DNA from: a virus
Taxonomy: Duplodnaviria > Caudoviricetes
Direction: 5' to 3' (one strand)
Length of the DNA stretch: 64,000 nt
IMG/VR virus record: IMGVR_UViG_3300005546_000003
Coordinates: 1 to 64,000 of that record
Part shown: piece by piece, positions 1 to 9,980 of the stretch
How positions within the stretch are numbered: the stretch's first letter is position 1
How the letters are laid out: each line of letters begins with the position of its first letter
Notes under the pieces: model-generated
The model's input: only the letters and a program-made list of their open reading frames with translations
Database searches by the model: none
Told to the model about the DNA's origin: nothing
Position numbers and translations under genes: made by a program

Positions 1-229
1 AGACCATGAGCTTTTTGTTCACGGTATCATAATGCACAGCATAACCCCCAGCTGCCGAGTTGCCCCCAAGCTTCACCGCTCCATTGATCTGGCTCCAACC
101 CAGCGCCGATGCGGGGAGCGAGTAGCCCCCCGTCGGATAGCTGGTGTCCAGAACAATGTCTTCGGCCCGTACTCGGGTTTTGCCCCAAATATCTTCGGAG
201 TCAGGGACTACTGTTCTAGTAATTGCCAT
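1..229 (-). CDS. Virion structural protein, partial (runs off the window start)
   Basis: ATG at 229 behind an AGGAGG RBS; open frame MAITRTVVPDSEDIWGKTRVRAEDIVLDTSYPTGGYSL...GYAVHYDTVNKKLMV to base 1; directly downstream of the capsid and decoration genes. Not in the supplied ORF track. Confidence 0.7.
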   Translation of the reverse strand, partial: MAITRTVVPDSEDIWGKTRVRAEDIVLDTSYPTGGYSLPASALGWSQINGAVKLGGNSAAGGYAVHYDTVNKKLMV

Positions 230-239
230 TTAGTCCTCC

Positions 240-830
240 TTAGACCTTGGTTAAGTCTCTCAGGTTAAAGAGCTTCAAGGCTCCGTTAGCCGGAGCTTCC
301 GCAAACGTCCCCAGCACAGACTTAACCTGAAGGTTAGTCGTGGTGGTGCCGTCGGCCAGAGTATCCACAGCACCTACAGTGTCAGAGACGTAAACGCCAA
401 TGGTACCATCGGTTGTGGTTGTAACGCTAGCTTTGCACAAGACCGTAGCAAGGCCTGCTACTTGAATCCAGCCATACTGGCCCTTACTGACTGCCCCAAG
501 GGCAATACCAGCGGGTCGAGCCAAGCCAGCCGTAGTTGGATCTGGATTGACAGTAAATAGCACTTCTTTAGCAGCAGTTGCGTATTCTACAACCTGGCCC
601 CGAGCGTTTGCGTTGCTAGAGCCCGATTGAAACAATACATACTGATACTTGCCTGCGTGGAGGTTAGCACTCATCTTTTGAGCTTCGACTTCGCTTAGCT
701 CAATGATTTGCCCAACCTGACCAGGGGCCCGGCCAGCGCTGTCGCTCTGACTATAGCCCCCTGCGTTAGCGTCGTTAACAGTTGCGAGATTGCCCGTAGA
801 TACACGGGCGATTGGATTAGTGTATGCCAT
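240..830 (-). CDS. Capsid decoration/cement protein (putative)
   Basis: 196 aa, Gly/Ala/Thr-rich, GIALGAVSKGQYGWIQVAG motif typical of head decoration proteins; follows the MCP with an AGGAGG RBS. Confidence 0.6.
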   Translation of the reverse strand: MAYTNPIARVSTGNLATVNDANAGGYSQSDSAGRAPGQVGQIIELSEVEAQKMSANLHAGKYQYVLFQSGSSNANARGQVVEYATAAKEVLFTVNPDPTTAGLARPAGIALGAVSKGQYGWIQVAGLATVLCKASVTTTTDGTIGVYVSDTVGAVDTLADGTTTTNLQVKSVLGTFAEAPANGALKLFNLRDLTKV

Positions 831-839
831 AGTTCCTCC

Positions 840-1970
840 TTAGCTTCCAATCCCCAGGATTTGCTTGTTGAGCCGGGGCTCGAAGCACTGGAGGTTAAGC
901 GCAGCAAGGATCTGACCAGCTACCCTAGTTCCGTCAATCTGGGGCTTGAAGCCCGTGAAACCGAAACCAAAGCGAGGTGAGTCAGAGATTCTAACCGCCC
1001 AAGTGGAAGTGTTGAACCAGTTAAAGACTTCACCAACCGTACAAACAGTAGAGGTCGGCATATTGCTATTCGCCCCAACTGTGGCCGGAGAAGTAAAAGT
1101 GCTGGTCAGGAAGCTACCAGTGCTGCGGCTTTTGCCATACTTGAGCGATGGGAAGAGGTCGTCCTTGAGGATCATAGCATTATTGAATCTAAAGCCATGA
1201 ACGCCAAAAATCGGGTCCTTTTCCTGCGCAAAGCGCTGTTGCGGCTGCATTCGTTCCTTGATCAGTGAGATAACATGCTTGTTACCTACACCAAGATCCG
1301 GTTCCTTGCGGCCAATAGCTACACTCTGATAAGTCTCTTCTAGGACCTTAAAGGTAATAGCTCCGGTTGAGCCATCACTATTTCCGGCCCAATAGGGCTC
1401 GGAGTTCAGCGCTCCACCGATAACAGCATTCCTGGGCGCGGTGCCGTAGCTGGTAAAGTAATTGCCATCCCAACCTGCGGTAAGGCCATCATTCATAGCC
1501 TCAATCCAACCGTTGATATGGCCGGACCGATCATCTGCTACGCCAGTCACGATGCCCGAACCGTGGCGCTGCATTGCGAGCGCGACGATCTCAGTCATAG
1601 TATGCATAGCATTACGAAGATCAGTGTCGATAAGTGAGAAAACCGCTTCTGGGCCTTTGTTCTCAACTTCAATATCTTCGAGGTATTCAGTTACGTTTAC
1701 TTCGTAGTATTTCGGTTGGAACGTGGTTCCAGCTAGGGTCTGTGGTTTTGTAAGGTTGAATCCTGGCCCGCCCTTTTTGTACATTCCACCCAGAAGTGGA
1801 GCATAAAGAAAGGTTGACTGCATCTCACTACCACCCGTGAAAGGTACTAGTGCTTTAGCTCGTAAATAAGCCAGCAGTGGCGTGTCCAAAAAGAAAAGGT
1901 CTTTTATCACACGCGGGTAGATTTCCTTTTTTGTGGTGAGGTTTAGCTCATCATAAATAGGATCTGCCAT
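840..1970 (-). CDS. Major capsid protein
   Basis: 376 aa, placed after scaffold and before decoration gene; N-terminal DLFFLDTPLLAYLR...GG and P-domain-like PDLGVGN...FRFNNAMILKD segments resemble podovirus HK97-fold capsids. Confidence 0.8.
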   Translation of the reverse strand: MADPIYDELNLTTKKEIYPRVIKDLFFLDTPLLAYLRAKALVPFTGGSEMQSTFLYAPLLGGMYKKGGPGFNLTKPQTLAGTTFQPKYYEVNVTEYLEDIEVENKGPEAVFSLIDTDLRNAMHTMTEIVALAMQRHGSGIVTGVADDRSGHINGWIEAMNDGLTAGWDGNYFTSYGTAPRNAVIGGALNSEPYWAGNSDGSTGAITFKVLEETYQSVAIGRKEPDLGVGNKHVISLIKERMQPQQRFAQEKDPIFGVHGFRFNNAMILKDDLFPSLKYGKSRSTGSFLTSTFTSPATVGANSNMPTSTVCTVGEVFNWFNTSTWAVRISDSPRFGFGFTGFKPQIDGTRVAGQILAALNLQCFEPRLNKQILGIGS

Positions 1971-2030
1971 TCGATAAGTTTCTTAGCCTTTAGCTAAGCC
2001 TCCAAATTTTCAAAGGTTAGCCCCATCAGG

Positions 2031-2948
2031 TTAAATATCTTCGTGACTCAAGCTATTCCAATGCGCTACCGCAGCTCGGACACTATCATTCTGCGCCTGA
2101 GCGCTGGACATGAAGTTATCTTTGCTGGCGTTTTCCGCGCCGGGAATCTCGGTCACTGATCTGTCTGCTAGCAAGGGAGAGCGCTGGGAGCTAGGACGGG
2201 GAATACTAGCTTCAGGATTCTGGGTGCGCCAATTCGTAAGTTCCTCTTCGACGCGCCGTTTAATCTCGGCTTCTCTTGCTTGGGACTCTAGCTCGGCTCT
2301 ACGGTCAGCTACTTTGAACTCTTCCTCATAAACATCGCGGACAGAACGCTGTTCCTTAATGGCGCGTTCAACTACTTGGCGCATTCCCTTAGGGCTCTTG
2401 CCAAATAGTTCTTGGTGTTCCGCAACTATGTCGTTGATTTCGGCTGGGAGTAGAGTATACATGGCACCCATCTCATCAGCACGTTCTTGAGTTAAAAATT
2501 TCTGACCAAGGGCTTCTAGGTCAAAAGCGGGCTTAGCAGGCTCGCTTGGAGTCCCTGGAGGTGTAGTGAATGGAGCCACACTGGCTCCGAGGTCGTTTTC
2601 ATCTAGGCCAAAGCTCTTGGCGACTTGCACGATTCGAGCTTGCTCGGCTCGCGCTTGGGCTAGTTCGTTTTGGATTTGACTCACGGATTTCTCGGTATTG
2701 GCTCTCCAGCTTGCTAGTTCGCGCTCATAGGTTTGGACTTTGGCGAGTTCGCCATCGTACCGATCTTTGAGCTCATTCATAGTTTTGCTGTAGCTTTGCT
2801 GACGCAAGACACTGGAGCCAACGAATTCACTAACTTCAGCTTTAGTTATAACACCTTCAAGAACCTTCCACTCTTCATCAGAGATGGCTCCGGTTTTCTT
2901 TAGGTCTTCTAGCCAGGCAGCTGAGGCCTCTGTAGTTGATTTACTCAT
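2031..2948 (-). CDS. Capsid scaffolding protein
   Basis: 305 aa, acidic and coiled-coil rich, immediately upstream of the MCP. Confidence 0.65.
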   Translation of the reverse strand: MSKSTTEASAAWLEDLKKTGAISDEEWKVLEGVITKAEVSEFVGSSVLRQQSYSKTMNELKDRYDGELAKVQTYERELASWRANTEKSVSQIQNELAQARAEQARIVQVAKSFGLDENDLGASVAPFTTPPGTPSEPAKPAFDLEALGQKFLTQERADEMGAMYTLLPAEINDIVAEHQELFGKSPKGMRQVVERAIKEQRSVRDVYEEEFKVADRRAELESQAREAEIKRRVEEELTNWRTQNPEASIPRPSSQRSPLLADRSVTEIPGAENASKDNFMSSAQAQNDSVRAAVAHWNSLSHEDI

Positions 2949-3044
2949 TTTTACCTTTCTGGACGAATGCCAGATTCCGGTGGGGCTAATTTGGAGAATT
3001 AGCTAATTGTCACAGTTCCCCAGGGCTTGGAGAGTGATCAGCTC

Positions 3045-3362
3045 TTATCCGACTAAGTTTGGTGCGGAGCCCGGTTCTGTGGTTGATTGACTGATGATCG
3101 CTTTGGTCATGCCGTTGATAAGGCTTTGAACTGATACTTCAAAGTCTTCGGCACATTGAGGATATTGCTGTGCAAGCGAGGTTATCCTCATAGTAAGGTC
3201 TCTAATCTCAGCCATGAAAGCCGAACTTTCCTGCTCAGGGCTTGGCCCTGCCTGGGTAGGTTGAGCGGTTGATTGCCCTAGAAGGGAAGGCGAAGGAGCT
3301 GCGGGAGCTTCTGGTGCCATTGGAGCTTGGGCGACTCCTAAGGACGGCGAGGGGATTGGCAA
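3045..3362 (-). CDS. Pro/Ala-rich hypothetical protein (head assembly region)
   Basis: 105-aa ORF between portal region and scaffold; start codon uncertain (TTG at 3362 or an internal ATG). Confidence 0.55.
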   Translation of the reverse strand: MPIPSPSLGVAQAPMAPEAPAAPSPSLLGQSTAQPTQAGPSPEQESSAFMAEIRDLTMRITSLAQQYPQCAEDFEVSVQSLINGMTKAIISQSTTEPGSAPNLVG

Positions 3363-3569
3363 GGTCTTATAGCTCGGCTTTCATCGTTGAGATATTTGGT
3401 AATGCTTCCCAGAGGGTCTACTGGGCGAATTCTCTAGAAGGGTTCCTACTAGAGCAGCACCAGTGCTATTTAACCTGTACTATAGCCTAAAGGTGTGGGG
3501 CTGGCATTTGCTCGGCTAGCCCCAAACGAGTTGCAGAGAGGACAGGCCCACGAGGGGCTCTGCATAGTG

Positions 3570-3598
3570 AATGTATCATAAAAGAACAGAGTTGTCAA
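3570..3598 (-). promoter_or_regulatory. Sigma70-like promoter upstream of the scaffold/capsid operon
   Basis: Minus strand TTGACA-17 nt-TACATT with TG extension. Confidence 0.6.
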
Positions 3599-3888
3599 GT
3601 GTCAATGTATGACTTTCGGACTAATTCCTCAGTGAGGTTCTCTGTGCTCCTAATTACCTGCATAAGATCCTCGGAAACTGAGCGTATTGGTCCAGACATG
3701 AATGAGGCTGGGCAGCTCTTAATCTTAGCATCATAAAGGCGCTTACATATGCAGCTGGGGCAGAGAAGACCCCCTAAGTTCTTAGTTGGAGAAATGCGAC
3801 GCCATATATAAGAGGGTACAATTAAGTCTGGGAACCCATGTTTATCCCCATATGGGCGGGCACAATCATGGCATTTGGCCTTGCTCAT
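3595..3888 (-). CDS. Hypothetical protein with CxxC pairs
   Basis: 97 aa, CHDC and CPSC motifs; starts 3 nt downstream of the portal stop. Confidence 0.6.
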   Translation of the reverse strand: MSKAKCHDCARPYGDKHGFPDLIVPSYIWRRISPTKNLGGLLCPSCICKRLYDAKIKSCPASFMSGPIRSVSEDLMQVIRSTENLTEELVRKSYIDT

Positions 3889-3890
3889 AA

Positions 3891-5999
3891 CTAATTCGGT
3901 CCTCCTGCTCCTGATTCACTGATGGTCTGGCGTGGGATGCCGTTTTCGTCCTTTTTATCAAGCATTTGTGGGGGTTCCTGACCTGAGCTTGGGCGACCCT
4001 CTTGGCCAGCGGCTTGACCTATAGCCCCTAGAGCCCCCAGCACCTGCCCTTCTGGGCTATTTGCTAGCATCATTTGCTGGGCCTGCATCTGGATTGCCAT
4101 TTGGATCTCGGCCATGATTTTCTGCCAGGCCTCCCAGCGCTCCACTACTGTGTTAGCGCCGTCGGGTGGTTTGCCGAAGTTCGGAATGTCGAAGACCTCA
4201 GCTAAGGTCCAGGGATCAATAGGGACACCAGACTTTTGGAGCTGGAGGTACAGTAGCTTCCGAGTCATTTGAGTAATCTGGTGCAAGCTATTTGGGACAA
4301 CGTGGAACACAAAGTTATTCTGGTGCCAGTTGGCTCGAAGGTGCTGGGGGCTGGAGCTTGGGAACCGCTCGTCTTCCCAAGGGAAATGAGAAGGAATCAT
4401 ACTAGCAGGCTCGAAGTCGAAGTCCTCTTCGGTCAAGCCGTCTGGGCCTAAAACTTGAACCTTCCTAGCTGCTGTGTAGTATTGGAAAACCATGCTCTTG
4501 AACATCTCTCCCACGTCGCGTAGGGAGCGTTCCATGTTGCGGCTCATGTCATAAACCAGCGGTCCTGCTAGTTCCATGAGCTTTTCGATGCTATCGCTAG
4601 CTGGGGTTTGGCGGGCTTTGGCTAGAGAGGTCAGGTCCTGAACGCCAACTAGATAATCAGCCCTATCTTCTAGGGTTTGCATTACTTCGGGAATCCAATT
4701 CGGCACATCAAACTGCGAAGGGTCGAAAACTGGTTTAACTGGATCGGTTACCCCAGCGGTTGAGTCTACTTCAATCTTAGCCCCTGCTTGCCGGGGGTCA
4801 AATCTATCTATCATTGGCTTCCCAACAACAGAGCGGTCATACTGCACGGGCGGTCGAAGCCTCACGTTAGCACTATCCACAACTGCCCTATACAAGCTAT
4901 TAACGCTATCCATGATTGGAATCGAGTCTCGAACTAGGCTGTAGCCCAAGAATTCCCAAGGCCAGTCGTCTACTCGAAATTGCACTATTGGCACCTTGCC
5001 GTGCCAAAACGGGTTAGGGCCGTCCTTTATGATATGGCTCCGAGTGCAGGTAATTAACCGGAGCCTCGGGTACATCAGCGCCTCCTCTGGCGTTGTTACG
5101 TGAATCTTTGGAGTTCCATCAGCATTCAGCGCTCCAGTTGGAGTTTGCTTACCCACGTAAGGAACAGTGTAGCTCCAGTTAGTCCCAGCGTCACCCATTA
5201 GGATATCGGCTCCCGAATGATTAACACTGGTGTCCCGGATGTAAATGTTGAATATATCTATGGTTGGATAATTATCCGTGCTAGTGCTCTGGCTGGTTGC
5301 ATAATTTAGCACCGGACTGCCCCACTTCTGTACCTTTTCCTTAGCTTTAGCGAACCAGCTCGGAGCATCTCTATCCGGACTTAGCCAATGGCTATGCAAT
5401 GGATACATTGCAACTGCTTGACCTAATGGTACTTCAGTTCTGATGATAACAGCTTGAGCGCGTTGCAGATCATTGTCTGCGCCAATACCCACCGGCAGCA
5501 CGTCTTTAGGTCCATGAGCCTTAAGCGCAACGTCTCCACGCCCTGCGAACCAAAGGTCTCTTTCCCATGCAATGGACAAATAACCTGTACCAAGTACAGT
5601 GGCATACTGGAGGGCTTCTCTAATCGAACGATCCACGAATTGGTTGTGGAACCAGGCAAGCATGAGTTTATTGAGGATTTCAACGTGTCGGTCATAGAGG
5701 GGGTTGTCGGACTTGTAGCCCCACATGGGGCGGATGTTGGAGAGGGTGCCGACTACTTCGCGCATCTGGCGCTTGATTCGGTTGATGTGGAGCTGGGAGA
5801 GCTTAGCGGGGCGGCGTTGGGTAGCACCAGCTATGGTAGCAATGGCAGTGTCGATATCTTCAAAGGCTCGGGTCGAGCGAATTAGAGCTTCGCCCTGGGA
5901 GATAGAACGAGTCACCCAGGCTAGTTTGTCTTTTTCGTCTGCGGTTATTGGGGGAGCTTTGTAGAACTCGGGAGAATTTGGGGTGAGGTTGGAGAGCAT
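3891..5999 (-). CDS. Portal protein
   Basis: 702 aa, position between terminase and scaffold; portal-like segments (REALQYATVLGTGYLSI, YSLVRDSIPIMDSVNSL, Gln-rich C-terminal barrel). Confidence 0.8.
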   Translation of the reverse strand: MLSNLTPNSPEFYKAPPITADEKDKLAWVTRSISQGEALIRSTRAFEDIDTAIATIAGATQRRPAKLSQLHINRIKRQMREVVGTLSNIRPMWGYKSDNPLYDRHVEILNKLMLAWFHNQFVDRSIREALQYATVLGTGYLSIAWERDLWFAGRGDVALKAHGPKDVLPVGIGADNDLQRAQAVIIRTEVPLGQAVAMYPLHSHWLSPDRDAPSWFAKAKEKVQKWGSPVLNYATSQSTSTDNYPTIDIFNIYIRDTSVNHSGADILMGDAGTNWSYTVPYVGKQTPTGALNADGTPKIHVTTPEEALMYPRLRLITCTRSHIIKDGPNPFWHGKVPIVQFRVDDWPWEFLGYSLVRDSIPIMDSVNSLYRAVVDSANVRLRPPVQYDRSVVGKPMIDRFDPRQAGAKIEVDSTAGVTDPVKPVFDPSQFDVPNWIPEVMQTLEDRADYLVGVQDLTSLAKARQTPASDSIEKLMELAGPLVYDMSRNMERSLRDVGEMFKSMVFQYYTAARKVQVLGPDGLTEEDFDFEPASMIPSHFPWEDERFPSSSPQHLRANWHQNNFVFHVVPNSLHQITQMTRKLLYLQLQKSGVPIDPWTLAEVFDIPNFGKPPDGANTVVERWEAWQKIMAEIQMAIQMQAQQMMLANSPEGQVLGALGAIGQAAGQEGRPSSGQEPPQMLDKKDENGIPRQTISESGAGGPN

Positions 6000-6007
6000 A
6001 AATAAAG

Positions 6008-6472
6008 TTACTCAAGGATTTCGATTCTAAATCCGGGATCAGAAGTGTAGTATTTGGAACCTTCCTCTCGGTCGGCGCGCTCTATGGCAGCTTGGGCTAG
6101 GTCCCGACCTAGGGGGCTCATGTGGCGCATGGCTACTCGGAGCTCTTCGCGTTGTTCCTTGTGAACATGGGCATAAGCTGCTTGCATAGCAGAGAGGTGT
6201 TTTTCCATCTTGATGCGCTCTAGGGAGTTCATTTGCTTGCCGAATCGCCTAGCTTCGTGGGGGGTCATTTCGACTTTCTCGAAGCCGAGCTTGGCTAGGC
6301 GCTTGGGGAGCTTTTCGTCTGCTCGGCCTGGGAACTGGACATTGCCGGAGCCATCTTTATAAACCACAATTGGTTTATCGGTGAAGCTAGAGGTCATTGT
6401 GGTGCTGCCATGGGGACAGAAGGGCCAGTCGCCGATTTGGAGCTCTTGGGCGCAGTTATCGCACTTCATCAA
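6008..6472 (-). CDS. Hypothetical protein with N-terminal zinc ribbon
   Basis: 154 aa, CDNC...WPFCPH N-terminus; immediately upstream of the portal. Confidence 0.6.
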   Translation of the reverse strand: MMKCDNCAQELQIGDWPFCPHGSTTMTSSFTDKPIVVYKDGSGNVQFPGRADEKLPKRLAKLGFEKVEMTPHEARRFGKQMNSLERIKMEKHLSAMQAAYAHVHKEQREELRVAMRHMSPLGRDLAQAAIERADREEGSKYYTSDPGFRIEILE

Positions 6473-6584
6473 TATAGTATCCCATCCTTATTGGGGGCAG
6501 CCAGTTGAAGAACCATTGGCCGCTGAGGAATTTGATTATAAACTGAACGGCTCCATCTTCGCGGATATAAGCTTTAACTCTCAT
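6456..6584 (-). CDS. Small hypothetical protein (42 aa)
   Basis: MRVKAYIREDGAVQFIIKFLSGQWFFNWLPPIRMGYYIDEVR; overlaps both neighbours and fills the gap; below the ORF-track cut-off. Confidence 0.4.
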   Translation of the reverse strand: MRVKAYIREDGAVQFIIKFLSGQWFFNWLPPIRMGYYIDEVR

Positions 6585-6747
6585 AAGTAAAAACAGTCTT
6601 TGTAAACCCCCCACCTTCAAAATATGGAGCCTTTTTCATTTTCTCCCACTTCTCTATAGACTCAGTGTGGAACTTAATAAGCTCTAGAAGCTGCTCTGGC
6701 GTTAACGAACTGAGAGACTCATCACTATAAATATCACAGTCACACAT
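6574..6747 (-). CDS. Small hypothetical protein (57 aa)
   Basis: MCDCDIYSDESLSSLTPEQLLELIKFH...TYES; fills the gap downstream of TerL. Confidence 0.45.
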   Translation of the reverse strand: MCDCDIYSDESLSSLTPEQLLELIKFHTESIEKWEKMKKAPYFEGGGFTKTVFTYES

Positions 6748-6818
6748 TTACGGTGCCCCCTTCTCCAATTCCATCCAGAATCTTCGGGTTCTTTTGTCCA
6801 TGTTTTATAGCTCATCGT

Positions 6819-8969
6819 TTAGCAAAACTCCTCAAACTCTCCCCGCTCAACCCAGTAGTCCTCGGGGGCCTTCTCAGCTCCAGCAGCTATGTGCCAGCTG
6901 GGTTTCCAGACTGGGTGAATCTGGCTCTCGGCGTCAGCTTGAACTCTAGCTTGCCATGCTGGGGTTGCGCTGCGATACTGTTCAGCTCTATGAAGGTCAA
7001 ATAGGACAATTCCTAGGCTCATTAGTCTGTCGTCGTGGGCTCCTTCAGCAGCCTCTAGCCTTTCTTTCTTTTCATTTCTGATGAAATTCCCCATTTCATC
7101 AACAAACCACGGGCTGTTAACCTGTAACCACCCATCCACTAGGGCTTTGCGCAAAAAGTCAAGCATCGGCCCCCGGCTAGCTTCGGTGGTTTTCCACCCG
7201 AATAGTGGGGTTGTCTTGTTGGTCAAAACCATTCCTCTAGTGTATTGCTTTTGCTGAAGGCTGAAATTATGCCAGCCTCGCTTCCAGAGCTCGTTCTGGG
7301 TAGCTTCACCATTGGCCGCCATTTCTACCACTATTTTAGCTTGCTTAGTTTCTCCACCTCCGCTTGGGATGGTGGAGAACAATGTAGACAGCGCGAGGAC
7401 AAACGGCCAGATTTCAAAAGCTCCGCTCTGATCTGATGCAAACTCTGCGCACTGCTCGGCATCTGAGTAAGGAGTAGCCTTTCGCAGGACTTGCACCACG
7501 GTTCTGTCTTGGCCGACCCCGAAGGCAGTGTCAACTCCAACTCCATAGTCGTTGAATTTTTCTGGCATTGCATATAGAAATATCTTCCCCAGAGGGTCCA
7601 TATCACTTAATCCAGTCCACTTTAGCGGAACCAGTTGAAATCTCCCCTTAGCTCCAACCCTAGTAGCGTCGATAGTAAGCGGTTTGAATGAGGATTTTCG
7701 GTCTATCTCACGCTCGCTCGGCTGGAGGCGGAGGGGAATTTCACCCTCTGCACCAACCAATCCTAGCACAACTAGCGGGGGATTGCAAGCGTTTCGTTTT
7801 TCAGCCAGGAACTCGGCCCCGAAGATGCTCATTCGCTTGTGCTGGAAGGCCTCTAGGTCATCGGCTGGCATCTCCTGGTACCATTTGTTTAGCTCCCCGT
7901 TGGCTGCATATTCTTGCCGATTGACCTCATAGAACCACTTTTGCTCAACTGGCATCTGCCAGCCAGCTGGGAAGTATTTACTCAAAATCGGGTTAGCAGC
8001 TACATACTCCTCGGCCCTGCTGGCATGGTCTTCTACCTGATCGCTTGGCTTGTAATCACGCGGAACCTTGTGAGCCTTGAGCCAAGTTGTGTTGGGGTAT
8101 AGATCTGTCCCGACATACCACGGTAGAAATACTGGCCGCAGCCTTGACATACCTTTGGAGTAGTTAGCCTTGGCATATTCCCATTTCTTGTGCCACCAGT
8201 TGTCTCGACCGTTAGCTGTGGATTCAAGGGCAAGTAATACGAAGGGATCATCATGCATAGCTCGCAATAGTGAGGCATCGACGAGCTCTTCGGGCTGCTC
8301 AAAGTCGGCGAGCTCAGAGAGGTGAGCAACCGTAGGTGTGGTACCACGGGCGATACCAGTGGTCTGGTTGCCCCATTGAATACTAACTGCGGAGTCAAGT
8401 TCTCCATATTCTATTAGTTCTCCTGCTTTATATTTGGTGCGCTGGGGGAGCAGCCACCAAGGTTGGTTTGACCAACAGAATAGCATCATGTCGGCCATTT
8501 TGCGAGACTTATCTGGGTCGGAGCTAGCCACGATGGCGTTAACGTGGGAGTGAAATTGAACTCTATGGCCGGTTATGAGCTCAAACAAAGTGCTCATACC
8601 GAGCTGGCGGGCCTTGAGTAGCTGAAGCATCAAGGCAATGCCTAGCTCTTGCATTTCGCCCATGATGTCTAGGATGATGTTTTGGGCTATATTGGGGATA
8701 AATTTGACCTTGCGATTGCCTTTATCCCTAATGTAGGCATAATTTCTAGCCCAATAGCGAAAGTCAAGCGTACAGAGTAGCCTTTCGGTTTCTATCCACT
8801 GTAGCTCATCTTGAGCTAGCTGACGGGTTGGTTGGCCATTTTCACCTAGAAGCTCATTGAAGTGCTTGACATAGGCTTCGATTTGTGCTCCGGTGCTCTC
8901 GGCTAGGGCTCTGCCCAGCTCACGCTCGGCGAGCTTTTTGTGGTGGGAGATGACTTTGGGCGAGTACAA
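6819..8969 (-). CDS. terL: Terminase large subunit
   Basis: LKARQLGMST Walker A context, AHLSELAD Walker B, LESTANG coupling motif, C-terminal RNase H-like nuclease (GVGVDTA, HDDRLMS). Confidence 0.92.
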   Translation of the reverse strand: MYSPKVISHHKKLAERELGRALAESTGAQIEAYVKHFNELLGENGQPTRQLAQDELQWIETERLLCTLDFRYWARNYAYIRDKGNRKVKFIPNIAQNIILDIMGEMQELGIALMLQLLKARQLGMSTLFELITGHRVQFHSHVNAIVASSDPDKSRKMADMMLFCWSNQPWWLLPQRTKYKAGELIEYGELDSAVSIQWGNQTTGIARGTTPTVAHLSELADFEQPEELVDASLLRAMHDDPFVLLALESTANGRDNWWHKKWEYAKANYSKGMSRLRPVFLPWYVGTDLYPNTTWLKAHKVPRDYKPSDQVEDHASRAEEYVAANPILSKYFPAGWQMPVEQKWFYEVNRQEYAANGELNKWYQEMPADDLEAFQHKRMSIFGAEFLAEKRNACNPPLVVLGLVGAEGEIPLRLQPSEREIDRKSSFKPLTIDATRVGAKGRFQLVPLKWTGLSDMDPLGKIFLYAMPEKFNDYGVGVDTAFGVGQDRTVVQVLRKATPYSDAEQCAEFASDQSGAFEIWPFVLALSTLFSTIPSGGGETKQAKIVVEMAANGEATQNELWKRGWHNFSLQQKQYTRGMVLTNKTTPLFGWKTTEASRGPMLDFLRKALVDGWLQVNSPWFVDEMGNFIRNEKKERLEAAEGAHDDRLMSLGIVLFDLHRAEQYRSATPAWQARVQADAESQIHPVWKPSWHIAAGAEKAPEDYWVERGEFEEFC

Positions 8970-8972
8970 AGT

Positions 8973-9224
8973 TTAGTTATGGGTGCAGCTCAAGGTTGGG
9001 TTCCCTGTAGTTGTCGAGCCGAGGGGAACTTCGCTGACGGTTGAACTACTCCAAACATTTGGATACGTTCCGCTCCAGCCATACCGAATGGGCCTGCGCC
9101 CGAACTCTCTGTAACAGTCCGTACAGTACACTGTGTCACAAACCGAACAATACTTCAAGTTCGCATGTAAGCAATGCGCGTGTGGGTGTCTATGAATCAA
9201 TTTCTTCTTCCTTTTCTTGATCAT
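8973..9224 (-). CDS. Small Cys/His-rich hypothetical protein
   Basis: 83 aa, HCLH...CSVC..VYCTDC; AGGAGG RBS in the end of the upstream gene. Confidence 0.5.
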   Translation of the reverse strand: MIKKRKKKLIHRHPHAHCLHANLKYCSVCDTVYCTDCYREFGRRPIRYGWSGTYPNVWSSSTVSEVPLGSTTTGNPTLSCTHN

Positions 9225-9831
9225 CTTTGTTTTCTGCTACGCTAAATTCCGCATCGGTGTAATCTTCTCCAGCCTCGGGCAAGGCCCGGATCATCTCGCT
9301 TATCCTACCAGTTGAGCCCTCAACAGGAGGCAATCCTGCTGCCATTTGGGCATTTATGGTCTGCTGACTAACAGTTACCAGCGGCCCACTTTCTAGGACT
9401 TTGCTGGCCTTTAGCACCAGCTCTCTGTCCTTAAAGCCTTCCTTTTCAAGCCCAAAACTAGCAGCAGCTTCTATCATATCTTTAGCCTTCATAGCTGCCG
9501 TGAGCTGCGCTACGTCAAAATTATGTCTATAAGCCACCGAACTAACCCGGCCAAAGAACTCTGCTGGATGTAGGCCAACTGCTAGAGCTAAAGTTTCGAG
9601 CAACCCCACTTCTAGCCTCTGGGCCGGACTCATTTCATCATAAGCATCCACCAAGCGCCTGAGCTGGTCATCTCGGTGAGAGCCCAGCCTAGCCATAGCC
9701 ACCGCAGCTTCTCGACCTCCTACGCCCCTAAAGGCATAATCTAGCGTTCCAGCTACCTCTAGTCGCTTGAGGGCTCGGTCTCTTTTACGCCCCTGGCTTG
9801 CAAGCGCATCTGCTCTTGTTCTTGTTCCCAT
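9190..9831 (-). CDS. Possible terminase small subunit
   Basis: 213 aa, helical, acidic C-terminus, close upstream of TerL; assignment by position only. Confidence 0.4.
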   Translation of the reverse strand: MGTRTRADALASQGRKRDRALKRLEVAGTLDYAFRGVGGREAAVAMARLGSHRDDQLRRLVDAYDEMSPAQRLEVGLLETLALAVGLHPAEFFGRVSSVAYRHNFDVAQLTAAMKAKDMIEAAASFGLEKEGFKDRELVLKASKVLESGPLVTVSQQTINAQMAAGLPPVEGSTGRISEMIRALPEAGEDYTDAEFSVAENKDDQEKEEEIDS

Positions 9832-9980
9832 AGGAGTTCGTCGTCTATGTAGCTAATGTGGTCTGCGCCCCAGAGCTTTTCCGGCGGATTCGGCACAACT
9901 GGGGGTGGAAGGGTGCGCTCTAGTACGGCTACGAGAGCTTCTAGGACTTCGGCTAGACGTTGGGTTTCTGGACTTACCAT
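9759..9980 (-). CDS. Hypothetical protein
   Basis: 73-aa ORF in an operon-like run. Confidence 0.5.
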   Translation of the reverse strand: MVSPETQRLAEVLEALVAVLERTLPPPVVPNPPEKLWGADHISYIDDELLWEQEQEQMRLQARGVKETEPSSD

